Under the pieces are notes generated by a model, which saw nothing but the letters and a program-made list of their open reading frames with translations, did no database searches and was not told the DNA's origin. From Stylophora pistillata (Eukaryota), in contig NW_019217806.1 of the NCBI RefSeq assembly GCF_002571385.2, forward strand, positions 280,982-344,981: DNA of 64,000 bases, in the 5' to 3' direction. Positions 11,852-24,444 of the stretch are shown here, piece by piece (within the stretch, counting starts at the first letter, position 1; each line of letters starts with the position of its first letter). Made by a program: the position numbers and the translations under genes.

Positions 11852-12718
11852 TCATTTCAATTCTTGAATATCTTCTTTGCTTTCATTTCCGTCTTCTTCC
11901 GTGCTTTTTACGCCAATTAGTTCCCTTTTTGATGCTTTAGAGACTTTTTCAATTTCCCGACCCCAAAGTCCCGGGGGTCTATTTTGCAATCCCCTACCCC
12001 AGAGTCCAGGAGGTTTATTATTGAGCTCCCGTCCCCAAAGACCTAAGGGACTACTTCGCAATCCCCGACCCCAGAGTCCTGGGGGTTTATTTGCGTTTCT
12101 AAGGCCTAGAGCTGAACTTCCTCTAACTTCACGTCCCCAAAGACCTGGAGGACGGTTCTGTAATCCCCTCCCCCACAGACCCGGAGGACGGTTTTCCAAT
12201 CCTCTACCCCATAGACCTGGGGGCTTGTTACTTAATCCCCGTCCCCAAAGACCCGGGGGCCTGTTATCCAATCCCCTATCCCAAAGACCAGGGCCGTAAA
12301 TAATTTCTCGTCGTTCCGCCTTGTTCCGTGCTGAAAAGACCGATGGACTCTCGTCTTGATAATGATCTTCCGATTCATCCTCCTGCTCGGGACCAAACGG
12401 TAAATCGTTGCCAATTTTTTGCGCCTGGTTTTGATACTCAGTAGATCTTTCCAACATTCCGGGAAAATCGTCTTTCCTTTTATTGCTGTGGGATTCTGGA
12501 AGATGCTGTATGTCATCAGCTTCTGTGTTTAACGTTTCCTCCTCCACGCTGTTTTGCTGTTTCCTCGTTTCATCAAGTGCGTCTCCTCGCTGATGGAGCT
12601 CACTTACAGCGCTGTCCTCATCCGTGAATTCGGATCGTCGAGCGTTGCACATCGCCAAAAGAACCAAAAAGAAGACGATGACTTTAAAAGCTGGCATTCT
12701 GTAAGATAAAATGCTCAT
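11852..12718 (-). CDS. GLWamide: GLWamide (LWamide) neuropeptide preprohormone, 288 aa
   Basis: Signal peptide (FKVIVFFLVLLAMCNA) and an acidic pro-region. Eight GLW-G-R units: 4x RPPGLW, 3x KPPGLW, 1x SPLGLW, each with a Gly amide donor and an Arg cleavage site. A splice acceptor (ttttatag) lies 14 nt upstream of the ATG. AATAAA occurs on the minus strand at 11574-11579. Confidence 0.97.
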   Translation of the reverse strand: MSILSYRMPAFKVIVFFLVLLAMCNARRSEFTDEDSAVSELHQRGDALDETRKQQNSVEEETLNTEADDIQHLPESHSNKRKDDFPGMLERSTEYQNQAQKIGNDLPFGPEQEDESEDHYQDESPSVFSARNKAERREIIYGPGLWDRGLDNRPPGLWGRGLSNKPPGLWGRGLENRPPGLWGRGLQNRPPGLWGREVRGSSALGLRNANKPPGLWGRGLRSSPLGLWGRELNNKPPGLWGRGLQNRPPGLWGREIEKVSKASKRELIGVKSTEEDGNESKEDIQELK

Positions 12719-12910
12719 TCAATTGATGTTATCTATAAAACCAGCACAATAGTGGTATACCGGGTATTACCGTCAAATTGGCCAATTGCAAGTTTGGCCC
12801 AAATCCATTTAACCTTCTCTGTAGGTCAGTTGGTATACTTACGTTGTAGTGTGGCGATAACAGAGTTTGTCACGGCTCTTTGACCAAGATATCTGAGATA
12901 TATTGAATGT

Positions 12911-13096
12911 ATAAAGGCTGATAGTTTCTAAAGAAACTGTTTGGGGCTGCGTCAGTTGGGGTAACTGCCTTTAAAGGCACACAAAACCCGCAATTCCTCT
13001 ATTCGCTCCGTCGAAGGGCTAACGCTCGAAACGTCAGCTTTTATAATCGTAACGGTGGCCAATTTACCATTTCAACTTTGTTGATATGTTCAAATT
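12911..13096 (+). mobile_element. Penelope-like pseudo-LTR fragment with degenerate minimal hammerhead motif
   Basis: 13-bp direct repeat ATATATTGAATGT at 12898-12910 and 13097-13109. Contains CCGTCGA-AGGGCTAACGCTC-GAAA-CGTC. Same family as 36677-36922. Confidence 0.75.
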
Positions 13097-16000
13097 ATAT
13101 ATTGAATGTGATTGGTTTTGGAAATTCAGTCTATAATGGACAAGTAACCATCCTTGGAAACTGTTAAATTTACGACTATTTTACATGTGACTTATGACTT
13201 ATAGTACCCTTAAAACACGTGATCAAACCTACCCACCGAAAACGATGGTTTTCTAACCGATGAAAATCGGGCAAATTGTAATATATTGTAGCCTTTTCTG
13301 CAAAACATTATTTACTAACTCAGACGGAAGCGGACATAAAGTTATTATGGTTCATGAAGATTCTTTTTTTTTTCAGTTGTGCAAACATGTTCTATCGTCG
13401 CCTCTTTCCTTAATTTCCGAAAAATATTTGCCCCCAAAGCAAACTATTAAACAAACCAAATTTCCGTATTTATAATGTAGCCAATTTCGTTTGTCGTGAC
13501 TACCCTCCCAGGCTACTACGAATTTAAATAGATAATTTTTGTTAGTTCATAAACGAGAAATAATGATGGCTGGATGTGAATATTTCCCCCTAGAGTCACT
13601 GGAATAAAGTTGAATTTCTAATCTACTGTTCCTTTGTTTTTAAAACTAGCATACAGCTTTTGTTGTTTGCAAGTTTATCAAATGAAATTAGCTTCTGAGT
13701 TTACATGGTAATCAATGAAACAGGCTGAATTGAAATTGCTTGAGTCGTGTGGGCCTTTTGATTGCTTGGTTAGTTCAAACAAAATTAGTGCGTCTACAAG
13801 GTAAAAACAAAGTTAGTGATGGGAGTGAAAAGGTTGGGTGTCAATAATTCGATTTATCAAAAATTACTAAAATCCAGAAATCTAATTTCCCCAGTTTGAC
13901 TAAAGGGTCACACTGGTTTGTCTCCCTTTTTTTTTTTTTTTTAAAGAAAAAGTTTAAAGGGATACTTGTAATGCAGTCATTGATAAGTAGGTACTCAAAA
14001 AAAGAAAAAAAGAAATAAGGATCTTTCATGATCTCCAACAGAGTTTTATCTTTTTCCTTCTTTTTAAAATCTGACCAATTTTGCATAATTTGGGACCTTC
14101 AAAAGGTAAATATCAGTAGATGTAAGGCGGCAGCAGAGTGTAGAGAGCAAGAGAGTTCAGTCGACAAAAAAATATCTGTTCAACAGAATGGCAAGCACAA
14201 TATAAAAACACTTGCCATCTACAAGAGTCGCAGTTGGTATTCCAAGTGTAAAAATGAGTCAGTAAGTGACAAGAAACATCAAGCCTACCTAAAATAAATC
14301 GCTAGTCCTGAGGTTGCTCACTTTAAGGCGATAGATGTCTTTCTAAGAGAGCATGGAGATTTGTATCTTCTGTCCGATGAAGGATCTTTTTCGCCACAGT
14401 CTTACAAAGGTTTGTCGAAAAAAGAGCAACGTGTTCTCATTTAATATCCCGCTTGGTATAACAAACGGAAATGTTTCTGATATACACAAAAAAATAATAA
14501 ACTATCTTTCATTAACGTAAATAAAGGCTTGAACAATAGGTAGCGCCAGGCGCCAGACTGAGTTAAAGCAAATTGGTTAATTACGTTTTATAAAAGTACC
14601 CTGAGGTGTTTTTCTGTGACGTCCCTAATATCGCTACGAGTTAATGATATTTACACTTCTGATAGAATCGAAAAGAGACAACACTTAAGAAAATATCTCT
14701 GCCTCAACGAGTGTGGACTTTCGTAATCAGAATCAATATTTTGATAATTTTGATTTTTTTCAAGGGAGGCTTTCACTGCGCGACATGGTATTTGTATTAG
14801 GGTATTGCGTACTTAACTTGGATAATTTCCCCCCTACGTGGGAAGTAACCTGATTGTGTTTTATTTCTACGTTAGAAATGTTGTTTTTTAGTTAATTTTT
14901 TGGCATTTCCTGCCCTTAAGTGGACACACACACTCAAAAAAATGCATTCAGAGTTTTATTTTTCACGAATACTAAAATTTAACGAAAATAAAATGGAGGA
15001 TTTCTACATTTAATGAGAAGTGGCAAGCCTGCATTCGGCAACTAAGATTTCTCAACGGTCAGTGGGGATTTTGCATAGATATGCTGAAATGTTGGTAATT
15101 TCATACCTTTTGACATGAAGCTAATATATGCATTGCAGAGCTTAATTGCCATAGAGCCTTACAAATAACTAAATTTGCCAGAAAGTCAAATGATCTTAGA
15201 TAGCGTTGGGATATTTTGTTGTATGGCTTAAGTGGAATTTTCCTTCTCATAATTCAACTTTCCTATCTTCAAAGACCCGAAAAAAAATTTTGCCAAATAA
15301 GTGTAACCAAGTAGAGAACAGAAACCAATAGAAAATACACACCATTTTGCACACAAAAACACCAAAATAATCCAGAAACATCTACTGCAAACGAAATGAA
15401 ATAAGTGAGTACCTTCCTAAACACACTTAATGAATTAGCCTGTTTTTCAAAATTATTAAGACAAAAATTCGTCTTTGAAACACCCATTGCAGTCTTATAG
15501 CGTATTTTTTTTAATGATGACTTAACTGATCCGCAACATTAGCCACGACTACCTTTCATTATTTTCAACCTCACAAGTGTGGAATAGCTAAAAGTGAATT
15601 AACCAATACGCATAACTTTCTTTCTCCACAACCTCTTTATAAAAAACGTCGCTCAATTTCAACATCGCTAGCTTCTTTCTTAATTTTTTTTTGCACATTT
15701 GTACTTCTGTATCAGATAGAAGATATTTTGTGTATTGTCAAAATTCCCTCGTCAACCATTCTGAAGGATATAGCATTTTCATAGAAGGCATGAACGTGTT
15801 ATTCTTATCTTTAAATTTTTTAAAGTGTCCAAATGCAATCATTCGCTATCAAATTCTACATTTGATAAATAAAAAGTCAGAAATAAAGGGTTTAATGTAG
15901 TTCTTACAAGGATGATTCCAATTCATTCTTAAGCTGGAATAAATATTTGCTATCGATCAATGCTCAATATATTCTTTACAAAGCGGTTTCAAGTTATCCT

Positions 16001-19000
16001 GAAGGTATGATACGAAGCACGTAGTATGCCAAGTATGAAGAAAAGCTGTTTAATTTCTTGGCTTCTGGCTCCAGAAACGACTATATTGTACTGAATCACC
16101 ATACCACAGCGTTTTTGAAAAGGGAGCAGAAAATAAAGTCGTACAATCCAATAATAGATCTCACAATTATGATCAATTATTGTGTTTGTTCGTAAAACTT
16201 TTTTCGTCCATAACATTCAAATGTTTAGAACGCATTGAGACAAACATCATGGAAAACTGTACTATTTAAACGGCCATACAAGTTAAAATATGCAATCAAT
16301 GTTTGCACAAAGATGGATCAGCCTAATGCCTCACTAAATAAGATGGATAAAAAAGCACAACTGTTTGAAATTTAAACGAGACGAAATAAAAGGAAGTTAT
16401 GAATTCATGAATAATACATGTTTCTAAAAGGTTAATCAGCGTGGTAGTTTTGCATGAACCCCAAGTACAGGTTGCACCAAATTGAGGCCCACGCTACAAA
16501 ATATCCAATTTTCCATTTCCTTTCCTTGACGTAAGATTGAATTACTTATTTGGGTAATTTCAGCAATGTTTATTGATTCCTTTTTACGTTCATGATAATC
16601 AAAAATCAGGGGGCACTCAGAAGAGTGATGCTCTTAATAGTTTCTTCTTTTTTCTTGAATTTTTTGTAAAGAAACGAATTTTGGCAAAGAAGAATGATTT
16701 TTTTCAAAATCTATGATTCCAAAACCATATTTTTCTGCAATCTTATTTCTTTGAATATATTCTTAAATCAGTCATTTCAAGTTAACTTTCAAGTTGATTC
16801 AGCTATTTGATCTTTTTTAAATAACGTTTTCATACTGTGCTTCTCTCAGAAACCTTGGTGTTGACTTTTTTTTTTTTTTATCCGAACCATGTTCTCATTC
16901 ACCGTCGGTGATTATTTGGTGAAATTCCTTTGACAATTTTTGGTGTTTTCATCTTCGACGTTTAATCATAGCTAATATAAATTTATCATTACCATTAGAA
17001 CTGTCTGTAGATCATCTTCAAAATGACATTTCAGTTTAAACTAAAGTGCACAAAAAGTGTCATCAAGATCAAAGAACATACCTGAACTGACTCTTTACTA
17101 AAAGTAATGTCTGCATGTTTTTCAACGAGACCTGTTTACTTTATCCAAGATGGATTTGCTGCCTTCGTTTTAAGATTAACATTGGAAGCCGGATATGCAA
17201 AATATCTTAACAACTTGGCTTGATACAAGACTAAACAAATTCTAATTTTGTAGTATGTTACAAGCTTAAAGGCATCAGAAATAAAATACTGTGCGACACG
17301 ATTGTTATTTACTGGTTGTACCGTTATTTTAAGGCTCTGCTGTCATTAAAAAAGATCCTTTCTTATGCTGTTGTTGCAACTACTTTGTAGCCAATTTTTT
17401 CTTCAAATAGGACTTGATCATGCACATAGAGGCTACTTTCCCATATTCATGGGTGCCATTAGTAAGTTACTCAGTATGAGGCCTATATAAGCCATAGCAG
17501 AGTGATATCACTGTTTTGTATCTAGATTTGGCATGGTTCCAGGAAAACCAGTAGAAAATTATCTACACGCCCATACAATATATGCCTGCTATGTACTTTC
17601 AAGAGAAAATAATGTGCCATCATTTTCTCCTCATACTTTGTTTAGTTTTTGTGTTCATGAAAAAACGAATGACTTAAAAAATAATTTTGGAATCGTGAGT
17701 TCGAGTATTTTTGAATTTTTTTGTACAATTTTGAATTATTTTATTGTGTTGTATATTTGAAAGGAAGACCTTATTCTAAGGACGTAGGTTAATCAGCAAA
17801 TCTGGCGTATGACATCATACTTTTAACATGTTATTCTCTTTTTGTAAGCATAAAAGGCTGTTTACTAACAGATTGATTTTCTCGAAATAACTGTACGATA
17901 ATTCCGCCCTTAGTGATAAAGTAGGATTTGATTTACCCATGATAGGCACCTGTATCATAGTTTGACAGTAAAACCTGGAAAATCTACTCGTTAGAGTGTG
18001 ATACGTTTAAAAGATTTTCTAAATGAAGGGAATGTAATGTTTGAAGTCGCCGACAAGAAGAAGAAACGTTTTTAAACCCAAACACTTGTGGCTGAAAGTC
18101 AAACAGTTCTATTATCAAAAAGGAAGTGAAACCGATAGAAGACAAACCCGACCTGATTGATCTCAGCTATTAAGATAAAAAGACTAAATTACCAAGCTTT
18201 GGTTATTTCATAAAAAATACCAAATTTTAGACATGGTCTCGCAATTTCACAAACATCATACAACCTTCCATGTTGGACAATGAAAACTCGAGTTATGTTT
18301 CATTTGCATTTTGTATATTATTTACATATTGCTTGCTCTGGAGAAACTTTGACACGCGACAAAACAAAGTTGAAGAGAATTTGAATTAGGGCAAGAGAAT
18401 CTTAACCAAACAAAATTCTACACGGAAAACAACAGGTTTTAGCATTTGGTTCCATTGAGAATTAACGAAGACTAAGCTCAGGGTTGGCCAGAGATTCCAA
18501 ACAGATGTAGTTCACTTAATCTTAAATATATATTCATTTTAGGGAAAAAAAATTGAAATTAATCTAATTAACGAAAATTCTTCACGGCAACGGAAAGATA
18601 CAAATTACACATAATTGGTTTGCATTCCTCTTAATTTCGCGATTGGATGCGGCGGATACATGAATATAACTTAGTTTTACTACTTGCTACTTTGCCTCAC
18701 AGTAATGAATTTCTGTCTCCCCTTTCACGAAATAAACCACAAGCATCCATGATACTGCTAGAGGCAATAAAGAAAAGGCCTCGAGGAGAAAAATCCTGAC
18801 CCTATTTCACAAAAAAATTGGTAAAGCTCAACCGAAAATTCCGCTTGAGTAACTCTTTTGGTTATTTCTGTTATTCATCTGGAGTTAAAGAGACATCAGT
18901 TTTTTCATTAAAATACAATACCTAATTGATGACCATACAGGTCAAAATCTGTTTTTAGACTCAATCAGCTCAAAGCCCATACTTCTTCATGTGTCAAATA

Positions 19001-19437
19001 ACTAGTAAAAGGGGAACAAACCCTTTCCCCCCTACCTGCACTTTGTTCAAAGATATGCTTTTTATGGTCGAATTCACCTCGCACGCACTTTGAAGCAAAT
19101 GCAAGCACTTGTAGTGTTAATGATAATTACTTGTCCTTAAAATTATAAAGAAACGTTTTCTGCTTCAGGCTGAGCACCACTATCACGGCTTAGAATCTTT
19201 TACCATGCGTAAATAAATTAGAAAACGGAAAACATATTTAAACGGAGAAACATCAAGCATAATCACAAGAAGGATACGGTATCGAATTTTTAGGAAAAAG
19301 AGAATAATTTATCTTCCTTGTTCCATTTATTTGTGTGTGCAGAGGTAAACGATTAACCCACAAAAGTAAAAAAGAAGGGGAAATCACATGATCCTTCGAT
19401 GTAATTTTGCGTTTTTAATTAATATATATTGGTTTTA

Positions 19438-19471
19438 ACAATAATAATGATAATGATAATAATAATAATAA
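19438..19471. repeat. (TAA/TGA)n microsatellite, probably the tail of the SINE across the gap
   Basis: ataataatgataatgataataataataata next to the N gap. Confidence 0.7.
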
Positions 19472-19479
19472 CTTTTCTT

Positions 19480-20371
19480 NNNNNNNNNNNNNNNNNNNNN
19501 NNNNNNNNNNNNNNNNNNNNNNNNNNNNNNNNNNNNNNNNNNNNNNNNNNNNNNNNNNNNNNNNNNNNNNNNNNNNNNNNNNNNNNNNNNNNNNNNNNNN
19601 NNNNNNNNNNNNNNNNNNNNNNNNNNNNNNNNNNNNNNNNNNNNNNNNNNNNNNNNNNNNNNNNNNNNNNNNNNNNNNNNNNNNNNNNNNNNNNNNNNNN
19701 NNNNNNNNNNNNNNNNNNNNNNNNNNNNNNNNNNNNNNNNNNNNNNNNNNNNNNNNNNNNNNNNNNNNNNNNNNNNNNNNNNNNNNNNNNNNNNNNNNNN
19801 NNNNNNNNNNNNNNNNNNNNNNNNNNNNNNNNNNNNNNNNNNNNNNNNNNNNNNNNNNNNNNNNNNNNNNNNNNNNNNNNNNNNNNNNNNNNNNNNNNNN
19901 NNNNNNNNNNNNNNNNNNNNNNNNNNNNNNNNNNNNNNNNNNNNNNNNNNNNNNNNNNNNNNNNNNNNNNNNNNNNNNNNNNNNNNNNNNNNNNNNNNNN
20001 NNNNNNNNNNNNNNNNNNNNNNNNNNNNNNNNNNNNNNNNNNNNNNNNNNNNNNNNNNNNNNNNNNNNNNNNNNNNNNNNNNNNNNNNNNNNNNNNNNNN
20101 NNNNNNNNNNNNNNNNNNNNNNNNNNNNNNNNNNNNNNNNNNNNNNNNNNNNNNNNNNNNNNNNNNNNNNNNNNNNNNNNNNNNNNNNNNNNNNNNNNNN
20201 NNNNNNNNNNNNNNNNNNNNNNNNNNNNNNNNNNNNNNNNNNNNNNNNNNNNNNNNNNNNNNNNNNNNNNNNNNNNNNNNNNNNNNNNNNNNNNNNNNNN
20301 NNNNNNNNNNNNNNNNNNNNNNNNNNNNNNNNNNNNNNNNNNNNNNNNNNNNNNNNNNNNNNNNNNNNNNN
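19480..20371. other. Assembly gap (892 N)
   Basis: Run of N. Confidence 1.
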
Positions 20372-20729
20372 GGGGGGCGAGACTTTACCAGACTGCTAAG
20401 CAGTTTACAATCAAATAAAGGCGAATCTAACAGATGCCCCCTTCCCCCAATTCCCAGTAAACAGGCCAGACCACATCACAGTAATTTCGTGAGAGGTTTC
20501 GCCTAACCAAGTTAACTAATTAATAATGATGCAGGAGACGGGACCTACGGTTTATTCTTCCTTATCCGAGAAGACCAGAATGTCTATCCATTTCTTGATG
20601 TTATAGAAAGGTAGCACATTCTCCTCAGTTATTTTTAAGACCCTGAGTGTTGGTCCGGCCGGGGCTTGAACCCTCGACCTCCTGCACAACAGTCCGGAGC
20701 TCAACCAATTGAGCTAACCGGGAGGCGGT
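20372..20729 (-). mobile_element. tRNA-derived SINE (Nin-SINE-like head)
   Basis: Minus strand reads ACCGCCTCCCGGTTAGCTCAATTGG (A box) ... GGTTCAAGCCC (B box) GGCCGGACCAACACTCAGGGTCTT..., followed by the body shared with the 11297 and 31061 copies. Confidence 0.85.
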
Positions 20730-21462
20730 CTATGTTAAGACGTTCAATCCTCGGTCTTCAGTGTAATGCATGGCGACTTGAGCTAACCCTTACTTACTTT
20801 ATGTTTTTGAGTTGCGATAGGAATTGCTGCTACCACGTTTGAAAAATCATCTGTTTGCCGTGGGCATTTCATATAGTCCCCCGCGCTCTTCATATCACTG
20901 GATAATGCCTTCGGTTGCGATTTTCAATAAAACACTCATTCATACCTGTAACTTGAACTCTCTAAAACAAGGCCTAGTTTTATGGTAAATGTTACTAAAC
21001 AGGAGAGATATCAAGGGTTTGATGCTGCTCTCCACTGCACACTTAGCCTACATATAAGTATAAAAGTAATTCTTTTAAGGATTTTTTCATAGTTACCACC
21101 AGGTTAAAGCTCTTTAATCAGCAATTTTGTTGCATTGAAATTAGAGCCTTATAAAACTTCTAGTATGATTCTATCAGTTCCTATCTCTCTCCCCGGCTAG
21201 ACCGAATCATCTACCGTTTCTCTTTGAATTCGCTCTAACGCCATTCAATTCAGTGTCGAGTTCAACAATTTCCATTAGAAACGAACAGAAGTCAAATAAA
21301 AGACATCGTTATTACATGTGAATTGATTTGGTTTTACTCATTAACGTTTAAATTAAAGTACCCCCAGTCAGTATTAAACTCCCAAGATATATAATTCACC
21401 AAAAAACAGAAAGCTAATAATATGATTAATAAAGCTATATCTGAGTTTAAAAGCTAACTTAC

Positions 21463-21603
21463 CGGAAAGCTTTTTACTTTATTGTGCTGCTGGTAAACTG
21501 GGTTTAAAGCACTCGATAATAACTAAATTAACAGTGAAGCAAACGGTTAGGTCTAGGGTAAGCTTAGGGTTAGGGTTTGTGTTAAACGGGCACTTTAAAT
21601 ATA
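21463..21603 (-). promoter_or_regulatory. Candidate TATA-like box and non-coding first exon of the GLWamide gene
   Basis: Minus-strand TATATTTAAA at about 21594-21603 and a consensus donor CG|GTAAGT at 21463/21462. Other donors (12842, 17081) are also possible. Confidence 0.3.
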
Positions 21604-24152
21604 TTCCCTTATGATGCCGTGACAGTGTGAAAACTTCGGCTCAAAAAGAAGAGGTGTTTGCTTCAGCAAGCGACTTTCCTGAATCTTTTGTCTGTTGAGT
21701 TCATTATAGCATTCACAAGTAGCTATCACATGTACTAATCTATTCAAGGTGTTGCAGAGAATTACAGCTCTTAGTTCTCATTAATTTTGTCTCAATAACG
21801 ATGAGCTAACGCTTTTTGTTCATTCGGAAATCAAGATTCGCCGGCGCCTCGCATTAGCGCTTTGTTAGCGTTTTCTCGGCTTATGTTTTACTTTTTATTG
21901 CTTTGTATTTAAGATCTCTAGATCAATCGAGCCGGCTTTTAGATACTCAATAATGAACTCAGTCATAAAAAGTTTTTATTAGTTAGGAATCATAAATTAT
22001 AATTAGGCTGAGGTATAGACTTGTAAATAGTATAACAATCATCACAGCTATACACATAACTAAACTTGATGCGGAAATAAATCAGATCCTGAAAAACTTT
22101 CGCGTTCATTTGCGAGATTGGAGGTTGCAACCGCGATGAAATAACCTTTCCACGCCAGAATATGATTATTCTTTAACTTTGTTTCATGATTTTCAGTAGA
22201 GAGCCAGCCAGAACTTGGAAACGTTGCTGAACAGAATTAAACACTGCAAGAAATTTAACAGAATTTCACGGTAATTTTAGCGGTATATTGGATCGACACC
22301 TCATCTTATAGTTTCAGACGCAATTCCAATTTTTCCGCCTTAAAAATGTATGAATAAATTTTGGCATTTTTTATAAAGATGAATTAACAAGTTAAACTTC
22401 AGTACGAATTGCCTTTATCGAAGAACCTGTGAAAGATCGCACGAAAAAATAATTGGTCTTTTATTTCCAAAATAAAAAAATGATAACAGCATAAAGTAAG
22501 AGAGAAAATTTTGAAAATAAATCAGTGAATGAAGTATGAAAGTCCACCTGATGAAGCATATACGTCATGAAATACTCAGTGAACTCAAACAATCTTCAAT
22601 CTGCTGATCTATATTTCTTTCTTCATAGACAATGTCTCTAATGAAGAAGTGAGAAACTCAACAAGGCAAGCCATCGGAGTCTTCGGACCATACAAAGATT
22701 CAAACTGGATTGCGCATGGGCACATCAATTTCATGAGAAATTTCTGTACGACTTTCATGGAGGGCATTACGTGAAGAGGGAGAAGGAGAAGGAGACATTG
22801 AAAAAAAGAGGTCGAATGAAAACATCCGAGACTAGACTAGCTTGACGCTGAGCGATACTCTAACATTTTCAGTGGCGCCCAATCCCCGGAGGAATACTCC
22901 TCGGACACTTCGAAGGGGAAGGGGGAGAGGGGGGAGGGGTTGTGCCTTCCCGCCTGACCGTGAGACCAAAAATGTTATTTTCCATGCCAGTTTTCGGATC
23001 TGGTTTTAGAAAGTTATACTTGATTCATAACGCTCTTTCTGTGGTCATTTTTAATTCTAAATCAGTAACAGAACATCAGAACGGGTAGAATTCACCTGGA
23101 TTGGTTATTACCTCTCTTTCTGTATTCTTCATTCTTGGAAATGCTAAGAGGACTATTTTTATCAGACTCTCTCGACCCAATTTTAGATGATAAGGGCTAA
23201 ATTCTCTACTTGTGTTCAGACCAAAATCTAAAAACTATGCATCCTTTTAGGTCGGATATACCTTTATTCCTTTATGGTCTATGCAAGCAGAATTAGCCTA
23301 TGCAGAAAATTATCCCTTACCTCAAGGGACAAGAGGAGTGCAAGCATTTTCGGAAATTCGCGTTCCATTTTGATTCTGTTTGAGGATAAAGCCCACGGTC
23401 AATATAGTTTTATCGAAAATCTAAACCAAATCAAATATGACGATTTCCTTAGCTCACCCCTCTATCACAGTGGGTTTTTCTTTCCTTTTCTCATGTTTTT
23501 TTTTTAAACACCCATATCCTTGTGAATCACCACATATTGTAGCATCTTCTTCGAGTTTGCCTCACCACCTCACCACTTTCGCAGAGCTCAAGTAAGGGTT
23601 AATTAATTGTAAGTGACATGAATAAAGGATCCACGAAAAGGAAATCAAATTCTCACCCACATTTCATGTACGTGCTCGCTTTGAATCGGTTTTGAAAGGT
23701 GACTCGTGGCAATATGTTGTTCGCCCTTACGTGACGATTAAAATACAAAAAAGTAATGATGTGCTAGTTTCACAATTTGTTTCATCACTTCTTGATCAGT
23801 AGCTACTTAGGTAGCCTTTGCGCCAGTTTTCATCATATATGTGTTGGCTCGATGTGCACGGTGAAATTTGATTAATTCACTCCATAGTTTAAGTGGATCA
23901 GACCTTTTTGCGTTGGTTCACCTCTTGACCTCTCCTTCCTACAGGAAATCATAAATATGTTTTCCTGGCCAACGTAAGAAAAAAAAAATAGGAAAGAAAA
24001 ACACTTTTGATTTGTGTGAATAAACTCAGATTTTAAACATTGCTACTATAACACAAAAGAAAGTGCGTCGATTGTCACACGAAATACGAAAGGTCTCTAT
24101 AATCTATAATTGTCCAGTCTGATGCTACTGGGCTGATTCGCGTCTTTCATTG

Positions 24153-24444
24153 CAGGGGCGGATCCAGGATTTTTTTGAGGAGGGGGTGCACCACCAAAGA
24201 ATGGCGTAACTGACTGGTGACCGGACATAAACAAATTGTAATAGCAAATACGAAAAAGGCTTTTGCCCGGGCAATAACATATTGAACTGCTGAGAACACA
24301 TATCAAACGCTATAGTACTTCAACACCAATAAACTACATAAATTTTTTTTTTTTTTGCAGAATACCACTTGTATTAGAAAGCCGCAGGTCATCTCAGGGG
24401 GGAGGGGTGCGCACCCCCTGCACCCTCCCCTAGATCCGCCCCTG
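24153..24444. mobile_element. MITE (non-autonomous DNA transposon)
   Basis: TIRs CAGGGGCGGATCCAGG / CCTAGATCCGCCCCTG. Flanks CATTG/CATTA are an ambiguous TSD. Confidence 0.85.

Noticed and set aside
11955-12296. ~36-bp periodic repeats resembling a CRISPR array
   Set aside because: They are coding repeats with synonymous variation, have no unique spacers or cas genes, and sit in a eukaryotic context.
11877-12299. 140-aa repetitive ORF (PRPQRPGG...) on the + strand
   Set aside because: Antisense shadow of the GLWamide repeat array, with no independent gene signals.
19429-20418. 329-aa ORF, and the ORFs at 59083-59829, in the ORF track
   Set aside because: Artefacts of translating through N gaps.
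20655-20729. tRNA-like sequences here and at 31395-31468
   Set aside because: They are SINE heads fused to a shared repeat body and lack a proper acceptor stem, so they are not tRNA genes.
21555-21577. TTAGGG telomere-like repeats
   Set aside because: Only two or three imperfect units, too short to call an interstitial telomere.
22554-22582. CTGATGA...GAAA hammerhead-like strings here, at about 3025 and at about 32055
   Set aside because: Stems are incomplete or unpaired. They may be very old PLE remnants but cannot be supported.
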